NCBI RefSeq assembly: GCF_018350175.1 | Contig: NC_058368.1 | Span: 130,884,001 to 130,948,000 of the forward strand | Reading direction: 5' to 3' | DNA length: 64,000 bases | Source of the DNA: Felis catus | Lineage: Eukaryota | Translations under genes and position numbers: made by a program | The notes under the pieces: generated by a model | What the model was told of the DNA's origin: nothing | Seen by the model: the letters and a program-made list of their open reading frames with translations, nothing else | The model's database searches: none | Part shown: positions 1 through 12,560 of the stretch, piece by piece | How positions within the stretch are numbered: the stretch's first letter is position 1 | Layout: each line of letters starts with the position of its first letter

Positions 1-59
1 AATAAATGATAAATATTAATGTTATAAATATTTCTCCAACTTATTGGACCATAAATACC

Positions 60-415
60 TATTTTGACAAGTTCCAGGTTAGGAATATATTCAATGCAAA
101 ACTACTGTGCACTCATCTCCCTTGGGCCCGTTTAATGCTGAACCTTAAATAAACCACCTTCATCCCTTTGCCTTGAATTTGAACACACTGATGGGACTCC
201 TGTGAAGTCTAACATAATCTGCTTCATCATAAAAGCGATTTTTTTTCACATAAAGGGAAACAAGTTTCTAACTTCACACGCTCAGATGACTAATTGCTAC
301 ACTAAGTAAGGCTGAATGAAGGGTAGCCAAAGTAAACAGACATGACCTAAGAAAACGATTAAGGAACAGCCACATGAATATGTAGTGTGAGAATCTAGGA
401 ATTACAGTAATGAAA
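60..415 (+). pseudogene. Filovirus-like VP35 C-terminal remnant (unit 1)
   Basis: VRNIF..CTHLP vs EBOV LRNIMYDHLP; EFEHTDGTP..IIKAIFF vs EFQASLAEGDSP..ITKRVPIF; CENLGITV (~386-409) vs C-terminal GKTLGLKI; lies directly upstream of the VP40-like segment. Confidence 0.5.
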
Positions 416-469
416 TGATCCCCAAAGCAGCAAAGGAGTGGTATGATAAAAATGTTGATAAAAGTTAAT

Positions 470-1290
470 TAATAAATTCATGCACTAGTAATTAAGAGGT
501 CGATTTAAGCTTCCACACTCTCCACTCTGTGCATTATCCCATGGTAAACAAAAGGAAAATGAGAGATTAGAGAGAGCATGGTGCTGTTAAACCGAAGAGT
601 AAATGTTAAAGTGTCTGTATGAACTGTAAAAGTGACAAATGAAAATTCCTGCCAGATCAAGTCTTTTTGCCAACATCCCTGGCAGAGCAGCCAATAATAG
701 AGTCACTGCTTTCCCATGCAGACGTATATTCTACCTCTAATGATGCAGATATTTTTTAATATTAAATTAAGCTAAACTCAGCATCCCAACAGCTTCCACC
801 ACTGTGTGTGTTTCTACCTCCTAAAGCAAAACAAAGTCCAACCTCTCTTTTAGCAGGAAACCCCTCATTCATTTGGAAAAACAATATAGTGGCGCTCAGG
901 TCAGATTCTGCAGGTTAAAGGCATCCACTTCATTAAGAGTCTACATGAAACTGCACTAACCTGAAGTTTGTCCAGGGGCCGCATGTTCCTTCACAAGTTA
1001 TCTCACTTAAACGTTCACACTGAGGATAAACGAAATGTGAATAAATTCGTCTTTGTTGTTTTGTACTCTACAATCTAATGAATTCTAAGTTTGTCTTCAG
1101 ATACAGGCAACAGAAATCTGTTACTATTGAGTTTCCTCACTGGACCTGAATCAACAAAGAATCTGAATACAATCCTGGAAATTCCTATCAGGTAAAGCAG
1201 AGTTGCTGAATATCAAATATGTAATGCTGGGTCACAAGTATTATTAGGAAATTAGATTTCCTGTCTGGTGACTTACAGAGTATATAACAT
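470..1290 (+). pseudogene. Filovirus-like VP40 matrix gene remnant (unit 1)
   Basis: Colinear blocks: IP..RV-TAF/MQTYILPLMMQIFF vs IP..[25 protein letters not shown]..HP vs ALRPGISFHP; NEF*V vs QDFKI; RNL/VTIEFP..T*INK vs KNIMGIEVPETLVHK; KY..LD..GDL/TEYIT (~1235-1290) vs KYIGLDPVAPGDLTMVIT. Confidence 0.75.
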
Positions 1291-1401
1291 ATAGTCTAAG
1301 GCAGTAATAAGTGGTTTGCTATGTCTCTGTCATCTGACCTATATCAAAGAGATGGCTCAACTTCAACGTCATCGGGAACATGCCATCACCTGAAGAGTAA
1401 C
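1277..1401 (-). ncRNA. Candidate exon of an antisense non-coding transcript
   Basis: Acceptor tttcatttttaaatcag|G, donor |gtaagt. Confidence 0.25.
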
Positions 1402-2560
1402 CTGATTTAAAAATGAAACCAGACAAAGGTAGGTGGTCACTAGGCAAAAATACCATGGCTTTCGGTTTGGTGCTAAATAATCCTTGCTTCAAAGACATCA
1501 AGGACAAGGCGGGTTGTGTTGCCTTAACTCTTCTTCCACATGTTTCAGGGATCTAATTCCTTATGCTCTAACAAATAAATATCCAGCAAACTACGTTAAA
1601 AGGAAGAGCCTTTTGGACTGAAAAGCAAAATGCGCATCAGCTGTCATGACCACATTGCTGAAATATTTTGTTTCCGTTGGTGAGGGGAAGAAACACTCTT
1701 TTTAATTCAAGAATTCTAGTCATCGCATGATCATTGATTCAAAGATGACTATTATGGATTCCAGAACTTTTCAGAAAAACTATTTTACTTCATCTTTAAT
1801 TAGAGGTTCAGAAGTAACTCAAATATATTTGCACATAGAATACCTTTGTTCTGAAGTTCCAAATACAATAATTCGCTGTTGACATGTGGGTAAAAATAAT
1901 GGCACTGATGTATTTCTGGATTAAAATATATTCATAAGTTTTAGTCAGGATAGATCTATCACACTGCACTGCATTTTGGCACTGCAGAAAAAAAAAAATA
2001 TTAAAACCATCACTAAAGTCAGGCTCAGTCCAGGATTCCATCACTCTGCTACCCTTGAGAAATCACTGCTTTTCCTATCTAAGTCCTCAGGCTGCACTCA
2101 AGATACCCACATTTCACAACACTGCAAAGTACCTCAAAATACCTGCCAAGAAAAAATATATAAAGTGTACTAATAAAATGACATTACTTCACTGGGTATC
2201 TTAGTTTTATGCTGCTATCACAAGTAAAGGAAATTAAATTTGAAGAACACGTTTCAAAATGACCTGAAGGTCCATTGTTGAATCTCAACTAAGGAAATTA
2301 CAATGAGACTACAATTCACACAACGTCCTATCTTAGTCCTTAATTTTGGTCGCAGGCAAAGTTTTCCCACAAGGTTACAAAATTAATAAAAACTAAAGGG
2401 AACACAGGCAACTAAAAGCTAACATTCCAATAAGCATGAGTATAAAGTGAGTAGAAGAGAAAACTATTTTTTCTTAAAACCTCTGAGGGAGCTACATGGG
2501 AGACAAGGTAACTCTATCTTACAATACAGCATAAAATTGGGTTTAGAGATATAGCAGTGA
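1310..2560 (+). pseudogene. Filovirus-like glycoprotein remnant, GP1 plus GP2 (unit 1)
   Basis: GP1: KRW (1347), LKMKPDKG vs LEIKKPDG, HVSG vs KVSG, AF..ASAVM..EG vs AFF..ASTVI..EG. GP2: KCTNKMTLLHWVS*FYAAI vs KCNPNLHYWTTQDEGAAI; LRKL/NETT (2302-2313) vs LRQLANETT; RK-IFFL..GAT vs [8 protein letters not shown]..GGT. Confidence 0.72.
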
Positions 2561-2589
2561 TCCAAAAAAAAAAAAAAACAAACAAACAA

Positions 2590-2810
2590 ACTACTTAGAA
2601 AAGAGTGTTAGTGATTTCTGACAAATGGAGCATTTTGAAGAACTCTTACATGCTTCTCCAGAATGCTGAGTAAATGCTCCATTTACCTTGGTTTAAACTT
2701 GTAAAGAATTACATTTTCCCTGAGACTGAAAAGCTGAAGGCAGAGAAATTGTTCAGAAATTCCTGAGCGTCAATTTTGCTTTCTTTCTTTCAATGTACTT
2801 ATGGCTTTAT
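2590..2810 (+). pseudogene. Filovirus-like VP30 remnant, heavily deleted (unit 1)
   Basis: TLV*T vs TLIKT; CKELHF vs CETHL; AEGREIVQKFLSV vs AEPVLEVYQRLHSD; FFLSMYLWL vs AFLNIALQL. The call leans on position between GP and VP24. Confidence 0.42.
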
Positions 2811-2829
2811 TGGGGTGTATGTGTTAAGT

Positions 2830-3265
2830 TTTTCCTGAATGGTGATGTTAGTCTGTGTCTCGCATTGGGCAAGATTCTTCCTGAATTAATTAATAACTGC
2901 GTCCCATATGAAAGCCAAGGTTGTAGACAAGTCTTCCAAGTATGCTCTACTGGCTCCTGCTTAGTACTGCTAATTTGTTCTTTTGTGTTCAAGATGCTCT
3001 ACCCAATAAATTTGGAACTTAGGGAAGATATATTTCCCCCACACTTTACTTACCTGCAATGCTGCAGAAATTTATAATGGATTTTCTTTTCCTGTTAAGA
3101 AGAGGTTAATAGTAGGCATTGTTGACCTGTTTGCTTATATATTGTTGGAAAGAAAAATTAGAAATCTTTGGACATTTCTTTAACAAAGCTCCAAGAAGTT
3201 GTAAGGAAGCAATATAGGAATTGGATATTTTTCAGTAGGAAACCAAGATGATGAAAGGAATAAAG
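2830..3265 (+). pseudogene. Filovirus-like VP24 remnant (unit 1)
   Basis: GKILPELINNCVPYESQGCR (ORF 2793-3077) aligns ungapped to [26 protein letters not shown] vs LFPHLF; GIVD..LLE vs GIQD..LIE; ISLTKLQEVVR/SNI vs LSLKMLSLIRSNI; VGNQD vs IGTQN. Confidence 0.68.
3054..3091 (-). ncRNA. Candidate 38-nt exon of an antisense non-coding transcript
   Basis: Acceptor cctcttcttaacag|G and consensus donor CAG|gtaagt on the minus strand. Confidence 0.3.
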
Positions 3266-3269
3266 TTCT

Positions 3270-3545
3270 GAAACTCAAAGAGGTCCGTCTGACAAAATAC
3301 ATTGAAATTCTTTACCTCTTTCAATATTAAAAATACATAAAGAATGTTGCAAAGAATCTTAGATAAGAAAATATTCCAATTTTCAAAGATGAAAAAAGTT
3401 TTCCATTTAGATTTCATAAACTGAACAAGTTGTAATGTCTGAAAAGCAGAACTGAAATTATCTTAAAGAGACTGTATCTGCAAAATGTCCACTTGAAACT
3501 CTAAATCATCCATCAAATGTTCTGCTATTTTAACTTGCTTTAACC
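3270..3545 (+). pseudogene. Filovirus-like L polymerase, N-terminal piece (unit 1), cut off by an L1 block
   Basis: EVRLTKYI vs DARLSSPI; ILKRLYLQNV vs FLKYYLKNV; IIHQMFCYFNL vs FLHQMFFWYDL; homology resumes at ~9380. Confidence 0.58.
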
Positions 3546-5179
3546 TGATGAATCATGACATTAAGCACTTTTCATATCAATAGACACATGGTACGCAAAG
3601 TACGTGTGTATGTGTATTGCCTTATACTACGATGTTAAGTCAAAGTCCTTAGAGAAGACACCTTGGTCTTATTCTTGACTGTAGTGAGAAAACATCCAGT
3701 ATTACCAGTAAGTATGACATCAGCTGTAAGTCTTTTGCACCGATTATGAAATGTCAAATCAATCTCGCATTCTTTGGATAACCTTCAACTGGTTCTAGTG
3801 CATTAACTTTTTAAAAGAATATTGCCATGGATTATCATGTCTAGGTTAATGAAAAATGTCAGTCTACAATTTTCATCTGTGATGTCCTGATCAGACTTTG
3901 GTATCAATGTCATGCCAGTTTAACAAAACAAGTTGGGAAACATTCTCTTAATTTCACAAAAGAGTTTACGTACGATTGGTATTTTCTTTACCTATTTGAT
4001 TGAATTTACCAGGGAGGGCAACTGGTCCCGAGGTTTATGGGTAAAAAAATTTAAGTTTATTGATTTTTGAGAGACAGAGGAAGAGAGAGAGAATCCCAAG
4101 GAGGCTCCACACTGTCAGCACAGAGCCCTATGCGTGACTCGAATTCACAAACCATGAGATCATGACTTGAGTTGAAATCAAGAGTCAGATGCTTAATCGA
4201 TTAAGCCACCCAGGCCCCCTTGTAGGAAAATGTAAATATTAATTAGAGAAATAAACGGCCTTTTGTGTATGCTGTCTCTTCCTCTACTATTTTCATGGGT
4301 TTTTTTTCATGTAATTTGTACACATGACCTAAGATTTTAAATTTATTGGCATAAAGTTGTTCAAAATACCCTCATCATGTTTCAATATAATAGATCATGG
4401 AGATCCCTTAATTCCTGACATTTGGTGACCTGTGTATTTATTAATCTTTTGTGGGGCTTTTTTTTTTTATTTTGGTGTGGATTATCTATTTTATCAACAT
4501 TTCACTGAAACAACTTTTGTTCATATTAGTTTTTCTTAATTTGTTATTTCCTTTCTTTGATGTAATCTGGGTTTTTTTTTTGTTTTCTTTTTTTTTTCTT
4601 TTAGTTTTTAGTTATTTTTAAGAGAGCAACAGAGCAGGGGAGGGGCAGAGAGAGAGGGACAGAGAATCCCAAGCAGGTTCTGCACTGTCAGCGCAGAGCC
4701 CAACATGGGGCTTGAACTCACAAATCCCAAAGGGTGACCTGAGCTAAAACCCGACACTAGACTGAGCCACCCAGGCACCCCTGGCTTATTTTGGTTTACA
4801 TTGCTTCTTATCCTTTAGTCTTAAGAAGAAATTTATCCTCTGTTTTACATAAATACTGAAAGCTATTAATTTCCCCTTCATTATTCCTTAAGATGTATCC
4901 CCAAACTGAGAAGTTTTAATTTCATTATCAGTTAAAAATATTTTCTAGTTACACTGTGATTTCTTGATCCGTTTGGTATTTCTAAGTGTGCTACCTAATT
5001 TTCAAGTATTTAGCTATATTTAAAATAAATGTCTTACTTTCACTGATTTCTAATGTAATTCCATTGTTGACATTGAAACTTTTATGATTTTAGTACTTTG
5101 AAGTTAAGATTTGTTTTAATAAATGTAGCATCCTGGGGCCAACTGGCCTATGTCCTCTTCAGTTCCAGCCCTTCTGGCA

Positions 5180-5562
5180 AGGCCAGCAAACACACAGAAA
5201 GCTGTACAACTTCACTCATCAGCAGCAAAATGCCAATCAAAACCACAGTGAGAGATCACCAGTCAGAATGCCTAGTATCGAAAAGAAATAACATGCGTTG
5301 GCAAGGATATAGGAAAAGGAATGGTCATGCATTGTTGGTGGAAATGTAAATTGGTAGAGCCAGTATGGAAAACAGTACAGAAACCTAAAATAATAAAAAA
5401 ATCATTTATCACATGATCCAGTAATTCCAACTCTGGGTATTAACCCCCCAAAAACAAAGACACTATTTTGAAAAGATTTATTCTCCCTTATGTTTATTTC
5501 TGTCACTATGTTGTACATGTGAAACTAACATAGCATTTTATGTCAACTATAATTTAAAAAAT
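5180..5562 (+). mobile_element. LINE-1 3' fragment
   Basis: aaatgccaatcaaaaccacagtgaga..ttggtggaaatgtaaattggt..tatgtcaactataatttaaaaaa, typical of the L1 ORF2 end and 3' UTR. Confidence 0.85.
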
Positions 5563-6785
5563 AGAAACTTATTCTATTGATCTAGATGAGAAGGGCCACG
5601 TGCACTTGAAAACAAGTTTTTGAATATAGTTTTGTAAGCATTGCAGTTAGATAAAACTGGTTGATAGTGCTGTTCAAATCTTCTATACCCTTATTCATTT
5701 TTCTCCTTCCATGTTCTGTCAGTTACTAACAGGAGGAAATTAAAGTCTCCAAGCCTAATTTTAGATTTGTCCATTTTTATTACTTCTATTGTGGAGCTGT
5801 TATTAGATAGCAAATATATTCTGAACTGACCCCTTTATCATTATATAATGACACACTTTCTCTCTTTTAATACCCTTCTACATCATGTCTCTTTCGTCTG
5901 ATCCTAACATTGTCACCCATCTTTCCTAAGCTTAGTGTTTGTATGGCACATCTCTGTCCAACCTTTTACTTTTCACCTGTCTGCATTTATACTTAAAGCC
6001 AATCTCTTATAAATTTCACATCGTTGTGTCTTTCTTTTATATCCAATTGGACTCTATTTGCCTTTTATTTGAATTATAATTCATTTTCATTTAATGCAGC
6101 TATTTACATTAATGTGTTTAAATATACCATGTTGCTATATTGTTTTTCTTCCCATTTTACCTGTATCTTCTTTGTTTCTTTAGTTCTCCTTCTGTGGCTT
6201 TGGATTGAGGGTTGGGAAGTGAGCTTGGAGAGTGGGGACAGGGAAGTGTTTCATCAGATTTTTTTAATAGGGAATTCTAACTTTCAGCTATACCTCATTG
6301 TATTAGGTTTTGGGATGCTTCATAATTTCTCACAATCTACTTAGAATTAATATTATACCACTACAGGTGCAATACAAAATCTTAACGACACTATAATGAA
6401 AGGTAACCCTTACCTTTCTGTTTTATCTATCCACTTACTGTTCTTTATGACATTTATTTTCATATATTTATGTTTACGCACATATTTACTTTATGAATTC
6501 TTCATTACTTTTTATAGATATTCTTTTCCATCTGATCTAAAGAACTTCATTAATCATTATCATGTGTTCTACACTGGGTTTGGGGCTAACAAGTGCTTTC
6601 AGCTTTCATGTATCTTAAACTGTTTTGACTTCATCTTATTTTTTGAAGGATTTTTTCACTAGAAATACATTTGCTGGTTGACAGTCCCTCTACCCAACAG
6701 TTCAAATATGCAATCCTGTCATTTCTATCTTTCATTCTTTCTTTCACAAAGGCAGCTATCATTCTGAGAGTTGCTTTGCTCTCTC

Positions 6786-6787
<2 letters not shown>

Positions 6788-6840
<53 letters not shown>
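6788..6840. repeat. (TG)n microsatellite
   Basis: Direct inspection. Confidence 0.98.
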
Positions 6841-6842
<2 letters not shown>

Positions 6843-9379
6843 CTTTCTTTCCTCTGGCTGCTTTTAAGATTTTCTCTTTCCTCTTAGAATTCAGAAATTT
6901 TACTGAACTCAACCTATTTGTGATTTTCTTTTGATTTCTTCTCCTTAAGTTTTCCTAAGTTTCCTTGAGCAAGAGTATTTTTTAATTTTTTTAACGTTTC
7001 TTCCTTTTTGAGAGACAGAGAAGGTGAGTGAGGGAGGCACAGAATCTAAGCTGTCAGCACAGAAACCACCAACTGAGAGATCATGACCTGATGCGAAGTC
7101 TGATGCTTGACTGACTCAGCAAAATAGGTGCCCCAAACTAGAGTATTTTTCAAATCAAATGTGGGGAAATAAATTATTGTTATGATTTATTTTCCAGTGC
7201 CATGTTGTCTCTATCATAGTAAGACTACAATAACAAAATGTTATTCCTCTTCATACTGCTGCATGGGTCTCTGAGGCTGTTTATTGCTTGTCAGTATTTT
7301 ACTCTCTCTGTGCTTCAGTCTGGATAACTTCTCTTGATTAATTTTCAAGTCCACTCTTTCTTCTCTTGTGTTCAATGTACTCTTAACATCATAGTATGAA
7401 TTTCTTGATTTGTGGTACTATATATTTCAGTTCCAGAATTTTTAGTTTACTCTAATAGTATTCATATGAAATTTTTAAAAGTTTATTTTTCAGAGAGAGA
7501 GAGAAAAGAGACAGAGAAAGAGAGGGAGAGAGAGGGAAGGAGGAAAACAGGGTATGAGCTGGTGAGAGGCAGAGAGAGAGGGAGGCAGAGAATGTGAAGC
7601 AGGCTCCAGGCTCTGAGCTGTCAGCACACAGCCCGACGCAGGGCTCAAAGTCACGAACCATGAGATCATGACCTGAGCCAAAGTCGGCCACTTAACCAAC
7701 TGAGTCACCAGGTACCCCTCGTATTCATATATTTTTTAATTTCTAATTTATTTACCCATTATGTGTACCTTTTGCTGTGTTTTATTTTTAACATATTTTG
7801 CATAGACTACCTCCAGCCTATCACTCATCACTGGGTCTATTTTTAGTTACTTTACTGTCATGGTAAGTACACAAAAAAATTCTATTTGTTATAGATAACC
7901 TGTAGAGATAATTCTTCTGTGAAGTATTGAGTTATGATCTAGTGTGCAATGAAATCCTGGTAGATCCCTTTCTTAGGTTTAGGTTTGATTATGGCGGTGT
8001 ATTCCTCTAAGTCCTCCTAACTTGGTAGTATTTTTATTACAAATTCTGAGACCAAGTGGCTGCTGCTAGTTCTGCTCAGCTTTTTAAGCTTCTGGCTGTT
8101 ACTTTCCTACGTTCCTGGGATTCTATGCCCGGGTGGCTAAGTCTGTTAAGGGTCAAACTCCTGATTTCAGCTCAGGTCATGATCTCACAGTTCATGGGAT
8201 TGATGCCCCTGTTGGGCTCAGGGCTGACAGCACGGAGACTGCTTGGGATTCTCTCCCTCTCTTTCTGCCCCTCCCTGGTTGCACTCGCTCCCTCTAATTA
8301 AATAAACTTAAAACAAAAATTTTTTAAATTTCAAAAGTTAAAAATCACCTATAGTCTTCCTAAAACTCTGGAACAGTATCATATCATGTATATAATAATC
8401 ATAATGCATATAGATATAGATATATATATTTATCCTTCCTGTCATATATATTTAATACATATATATTACATTGGGATCCACTTAATTTTCTTGCTAAATA
8501 TATCTTCAACAATTTCCCATGTACTTAAATATTCTTCAAATATGCACGTTAAAGGGTTTTATCACATAGGTATGTGGTAATGTACCTATTATCTTTTCCT
8601 TATATTTTTTATTGTTGCCATGTTTTGAGCTTTTAATATGAATATTCATATTCTCAGAATTACGGGAAAAATCTCTAATTATAATTATGAGTCTCTCATA
8701 CAATTATTTTTTTTTGTTTTTGATACAAAATGGCCTGATTGCTCTTCCTAGCATTTTGCAGTATATTGCTTGTGAAAAGACTGTTTTGTTCATCACCGAG
8801 TCCTTATCCACTAAACAAATTATTTGTTGACATTGACCCAGAGGGAAAGAGAATGCCATTTTTTTCACTATAGCCTTGATACATGTATGGTAGTTCATTT
8901 TTTACCTTTGCCAATGCAATAAATATTTACTTTAACTTATATTTCACAGGTTATGTTTGATCTTACTATATTTAATCAACTATTCATCTCTCAAATGTCC
9001 ATTTAACTTTTAAACATACTTTAAACATACAAACAAACATACATATTATATACAAATAAAATATATTTGTTCATCACTTGCTATTACCCGACACTGGTTG
9101 CTGGGATGGATATAATGGTGAATAAGAGATACACCTCATGGAGCTATTAGTCTATCATTAGAGATACATATTAAATAAATGACTGCACTAAGTGTATAGT
9201 TCCAACTGTGAGATAAAATGCTGTGAAATTGCCTAAAGCAAAGCCAAAAAGACCTTGGAAATGCCCATGGACGTTTACTGCCCGCACTCGTACTGAAACG
9301 TTGTGTTTTTTAAATCACTTATAGTCTATTGCTCATTGTTCATTAATTTGATTTTTTTATACTTCATCTTCATTTTCCT

Positions 9380-12100
9380 AAGAAAAACTTCAAGTCCAGA
9401 CAGAAGATCAACATGCGTAACTGTCTCCTGCAAAACATCAAACAGCTTCAAGCACTGTCCTTTCCGACAAGTGTCTGTCAACATGTGGGGTACGGACAAC
9501 AAAGTTGAACACTTGGTACACTCCATTTCATTGTCCTCTGCCACACCCACTTGTGCTAGAAATAGACTCTTCATGATTATTCATGATCACATTGACAGAT
9601 GCCCTGATAGTCTGTGTGTAGGATTTAAATATCCCATTGAAGTAGTCAAGGGATTTATACTAAGAATCATTAGACAGTTGAGTTGCAGAAAGGTCAGACA
9701 ATACTTGGCATCCCTCAGCATGCTAGACGATTTCATCAGCAGGTAACTGTCACCTGGTAATAACCCCATCATCAGTCTCCTCCATTTGCTCATTCTCGAG
9801 AGAAAAGAAGTATCAAGAACTCAAGTACATATGATTGGCAGCTGTGCCACGTTAGATCTTGTCAAAATCTAGGCAAAACCTTTCACTGAATGTTTTCTAA
9901 AACTAAAATTCAGATGTGTTACTCACTGCCACCAAATCAACATAAAAATGAAGAACGGATGATGAGCTCAAACTCAATTAACGTTGCTTGATAGAGGCAT
10001 CAAACAATAATACAGCCGTGAAGAATAATTAGTCCTAACACAGCCCAAAGGGACAGCACATGAAGTTTAGGTAAGGACAGAGTTGCCATTTTTCAAAAAT
10101 GCAAGCTCATACTGCAAATTCAGAGAGGCCTAGGTTGTCAAGTTTGTGACATAAATAGCTTGGTTCCATAGATGATATCCTCTTAGAGCCATTTGTCCAC
10201 GGTGTTCAAGTTTACTGTGACACTTAATAAACATTCCATAAAGAAACATTTTTTTGGAACACAAAATAGGACAATTTACAAAACATGGATTATTCAATGT
10301 AGTTAAGGTTGTCATGAACATTGCCCTGTCCATATGCTTTCTTTCTAAAGGAAGGAGAACTCGGGCCCAAGTAACTGTTGGCAAAAGACTCAAAACTCTT
10401 GCGACAACCCTAGGCATGAAGAAGGAGAGGACCAAATATCAAGTGATGTGGACAGCATCTGGGAGCTTAGAGAACCCCCTAGCCACCAGACATCCCCAAC
10501 TATCCCCCCACCACCAACACACACACAAAACAAGGAGCATCAGTTCCACAGTTTCAAGGAACTGAATTCTGGCAGCTACAAATGAGCTGGGAAAGGGTCC
10601 TCCCCACGCCGCCACAAGCTTCCAGACAAGAACCAAGCCTAACTGATATTTTGACTGTGAACTCTGAGGCTCTGAGAAGAGAACCAAGTCAAACTGTGGC
10701 CAGACTTTTATTCTAAAAGTCTAAGCTAACAAATAGGTGTTTTTTAAAGCTAAATTTGTAGTCATTTGGTAAACAGCAATACAAAGTGAACACAATTCCC
10801 AAGGACATCTTCTGTGGTTTGTGGGTCCCTCCTGGAAAGGAGATTAAGGGGTTACAGATGATCTGGAAGAACAACCTTGCTTCTTTTTATATATTTTTCC
10901 CTCCTGAAGTTAAAACGCTAGGTCCAATGGAGAGAAAGGAGAAAGAGGAGGCTCTTCAGATTGCCTGTCAGCTGGAGATTTTAAACTAAATGGATAAAAG
11001 ATATCCTCTGAGGTTTGCACGCGGTCAGGCCTGATCCAAAGGGAAATGAAATACACATTTGAAATCGAAGTCTAAGTCAGGATAACAGAATGCACTAGAG
11101 TGACCCTTGCTCTCGGTCAATTTCTGCACATCAGGATTTATACCTCAAAGTGCCTGACAGTGGACCCAGTTATGAATACCCCATGTTAAATACGGTAACC
11201 CAAGTATTGTGACAGGTGATTGATTTTCAATGCCTACTGAAAAACAGTACTGTAAACCCTTCAAGACTTCCTACAAACAAGTGCTATTATCTCTAATAAA
11301 AGACTGCAATAGGAAATCATATCCATTTTTAAAAAGTAAGTCTTCAGAGCAGTTTCTTTTCTTCACTTCACATGGCTTTCAAAAGCTTTGCCTCTGTTGA
11401 CCTTTCCTACCTTGGAACTTTTGCTTCAGTCTAGCCTGGAAAAACTGAATTTCAACCAGTTTAATGGTTGGCAGGAGGTCCTTGGAAGCCCATCACTAGT
11501 GATGTTTCTGGAGACTGGATAGAAAGGCATGTTCAAGCCATCAGCAGGAGAAGCTCTTTGCCTTTATTTCCTGGTAGACCTCATTACTTGACATCTCAAC
11601 ACATTCAGGATTTGGCCCTATGCCTGGTAGGACCCAAAAGCCAATGTTCATGGCTCCCTACAAGATAGGTCATTATTCAAAAATGAATATACGTTAAAAA
11701 TGCCTAAGAAGTTCCATGTGTATTTCTCAAGGCAGAAGTATAGCTGCCATTATGTGTAAAACTAACCAAAAAAACACTAAGAACACTCAACTTGGCCTGA
11801 TAAGTTTATTTTATCTCCATGGGTGGATCTAAATATTAATCCAATAATTTGTATATAAATGTGGAATCAAAACCAAGATTGTTAAGACTAAGGGACAATG
11901 ATAAATAGAATCAAACCAAAATTAACATAGTTAACATCATGGACTATGAAACTAGACTGATGCTTGCAAATCCTGATTTAGATCTAATCGATTATGTTAT
12001 TTCAACAACACACTTTCATTTGCTCATACATACAAAGCATAGGATAATAAAAACATTTGCCTCCTGGACTACAGTGTCTGATGCGGTGGGCAGTATATAG
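9380..12100 (+). pseudogene. Filovirus-like L polymerase RdRp domain (unit 1), split by an MLT1 LTR
   Basis: RSTC vs RSTW; HSISLSSA vs HIVSVSTA; ERKEVSRTQVH vs ERKGRFLTQMH; HCHQI vs HWGHPV; DILLEPFVHG vs DAVFEPNVLG; YAFFLKEGEL vs FSFSLKEKEL; motif A DLE/KNNLASFYIF (~10860) vs DLEKYNLAFRYEF; motif C SIVTGD/FQC (11203-11233) vs SAVMGDNQC; GTFASV vs GTLASI; LPLCVK and FILSP..LNI vs LPLIAK and FVLNPSGLNV. Spacing broadly matches. Confidence 0.8.
10415..10794 (+). mobile_element. MaLR LTR (MLT1-type), 5'-truncated, inside unit 1 L
   Basis: caaggaactgaattctggcagc..gctaaatttgtagtcatttggtaaacagcaatacaaagtgaacaca MLT1 3' end. Confidence 0.8.
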
Positions 12101-12334
12101 TGCCAAAGCCCTCACTCTTTTCTCTTTAGTATATTAATACATTTAAAGCACTCATAATTATGCCTGCTCTTTAATAAAAGCACTATATAAATACACTGAG
12201 TAGTCAGGGTATATAAGTCAGCTTATAATCTTCCTGAACAATGCTTCAATTAACTTGAACATGTCTCTGCTCTGATAAATATATTCTTTGTTTAAATGTG
12301 GTCATACGATGATACCTCACATCATTCAATTAAT

Positions 12335-12560
12335 AAAAGCTAATAACACTAGCTAATGCGTCTTGGGCGCCCACCATGTGATTTGATAACTACTCCAAAC
12401 TCTTTACAAATCTTAATTTTATCCTCAAAAAAACCTAATGAGGTAGGCACTGTTATCTCTTTTTTAACGAAATGACTGAGGCACAGAGAAAGTGAGTAAT
12501 TTGTTTACAATCGCACAGCTACCAAGAGGCAGAACCAGAATTCAATTTAACCTCTCTGCT
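12335..12560 (-). mobile_element. MIR SINE inside unit 1 L
   Basis: MIR core: cctaatgaggtaggcactgttatc..actgaggcacagagaaagtgagtaatttg. Confidence 0.8.

Larger units (their letters stand above)
3640..8100 (-). mobile_element. Old LINE-1 (L1M-type) block, fragmented by SINEs and a younger L1 piece
   Basis: T-rich antisense L1-like sequence (e.g. gttcaaatcttctatacccttattcattt, tgaccccttTatcattatataatgac); separates the two parts of the unit 1 L remnant. Confidence 0.7.
4050..8330. mobile_element. Five Can-SINEs nested in or beside the L1 block (~4050-4219 -, 4590-4781 -, 6977-7134 -, 7470-7718 -, 8125-8330 +)
   Basis: Each has the tRNA-derived head (ctcaggtcatgatctc or its complement), a CT/GA tract and an A/T tail. 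Confidence 0.9.

Noticed and set aside
270..520. VP30-like reading
   Set aside because: VP35 end plus VP40 start explains it with correct spacing and order.
2590..3330. Reading as filovirus NP (YLE, EELL.A, FLS..FA, KFFL..INNCV)
   Set aside because: VP30/VP24/L-start readings give comparable or better ungapped matches and fit gene order without large deletions. The ambiguity shows that single by-eye matches can mislead.
9326..9793. Minus-strand ORFs of 82 and 68 aa as a host gene or processed pseudogene
   Set aside because: No recognisable protein; they are shadows of the plus-strand viral frame.
9380..10400. Endogenous bornavirus L (LLEPF match)
   Set aside because: Spacing to the KExEL motif fits filovirus L, not BoDV, and neighbouring genes are filovirus-type.
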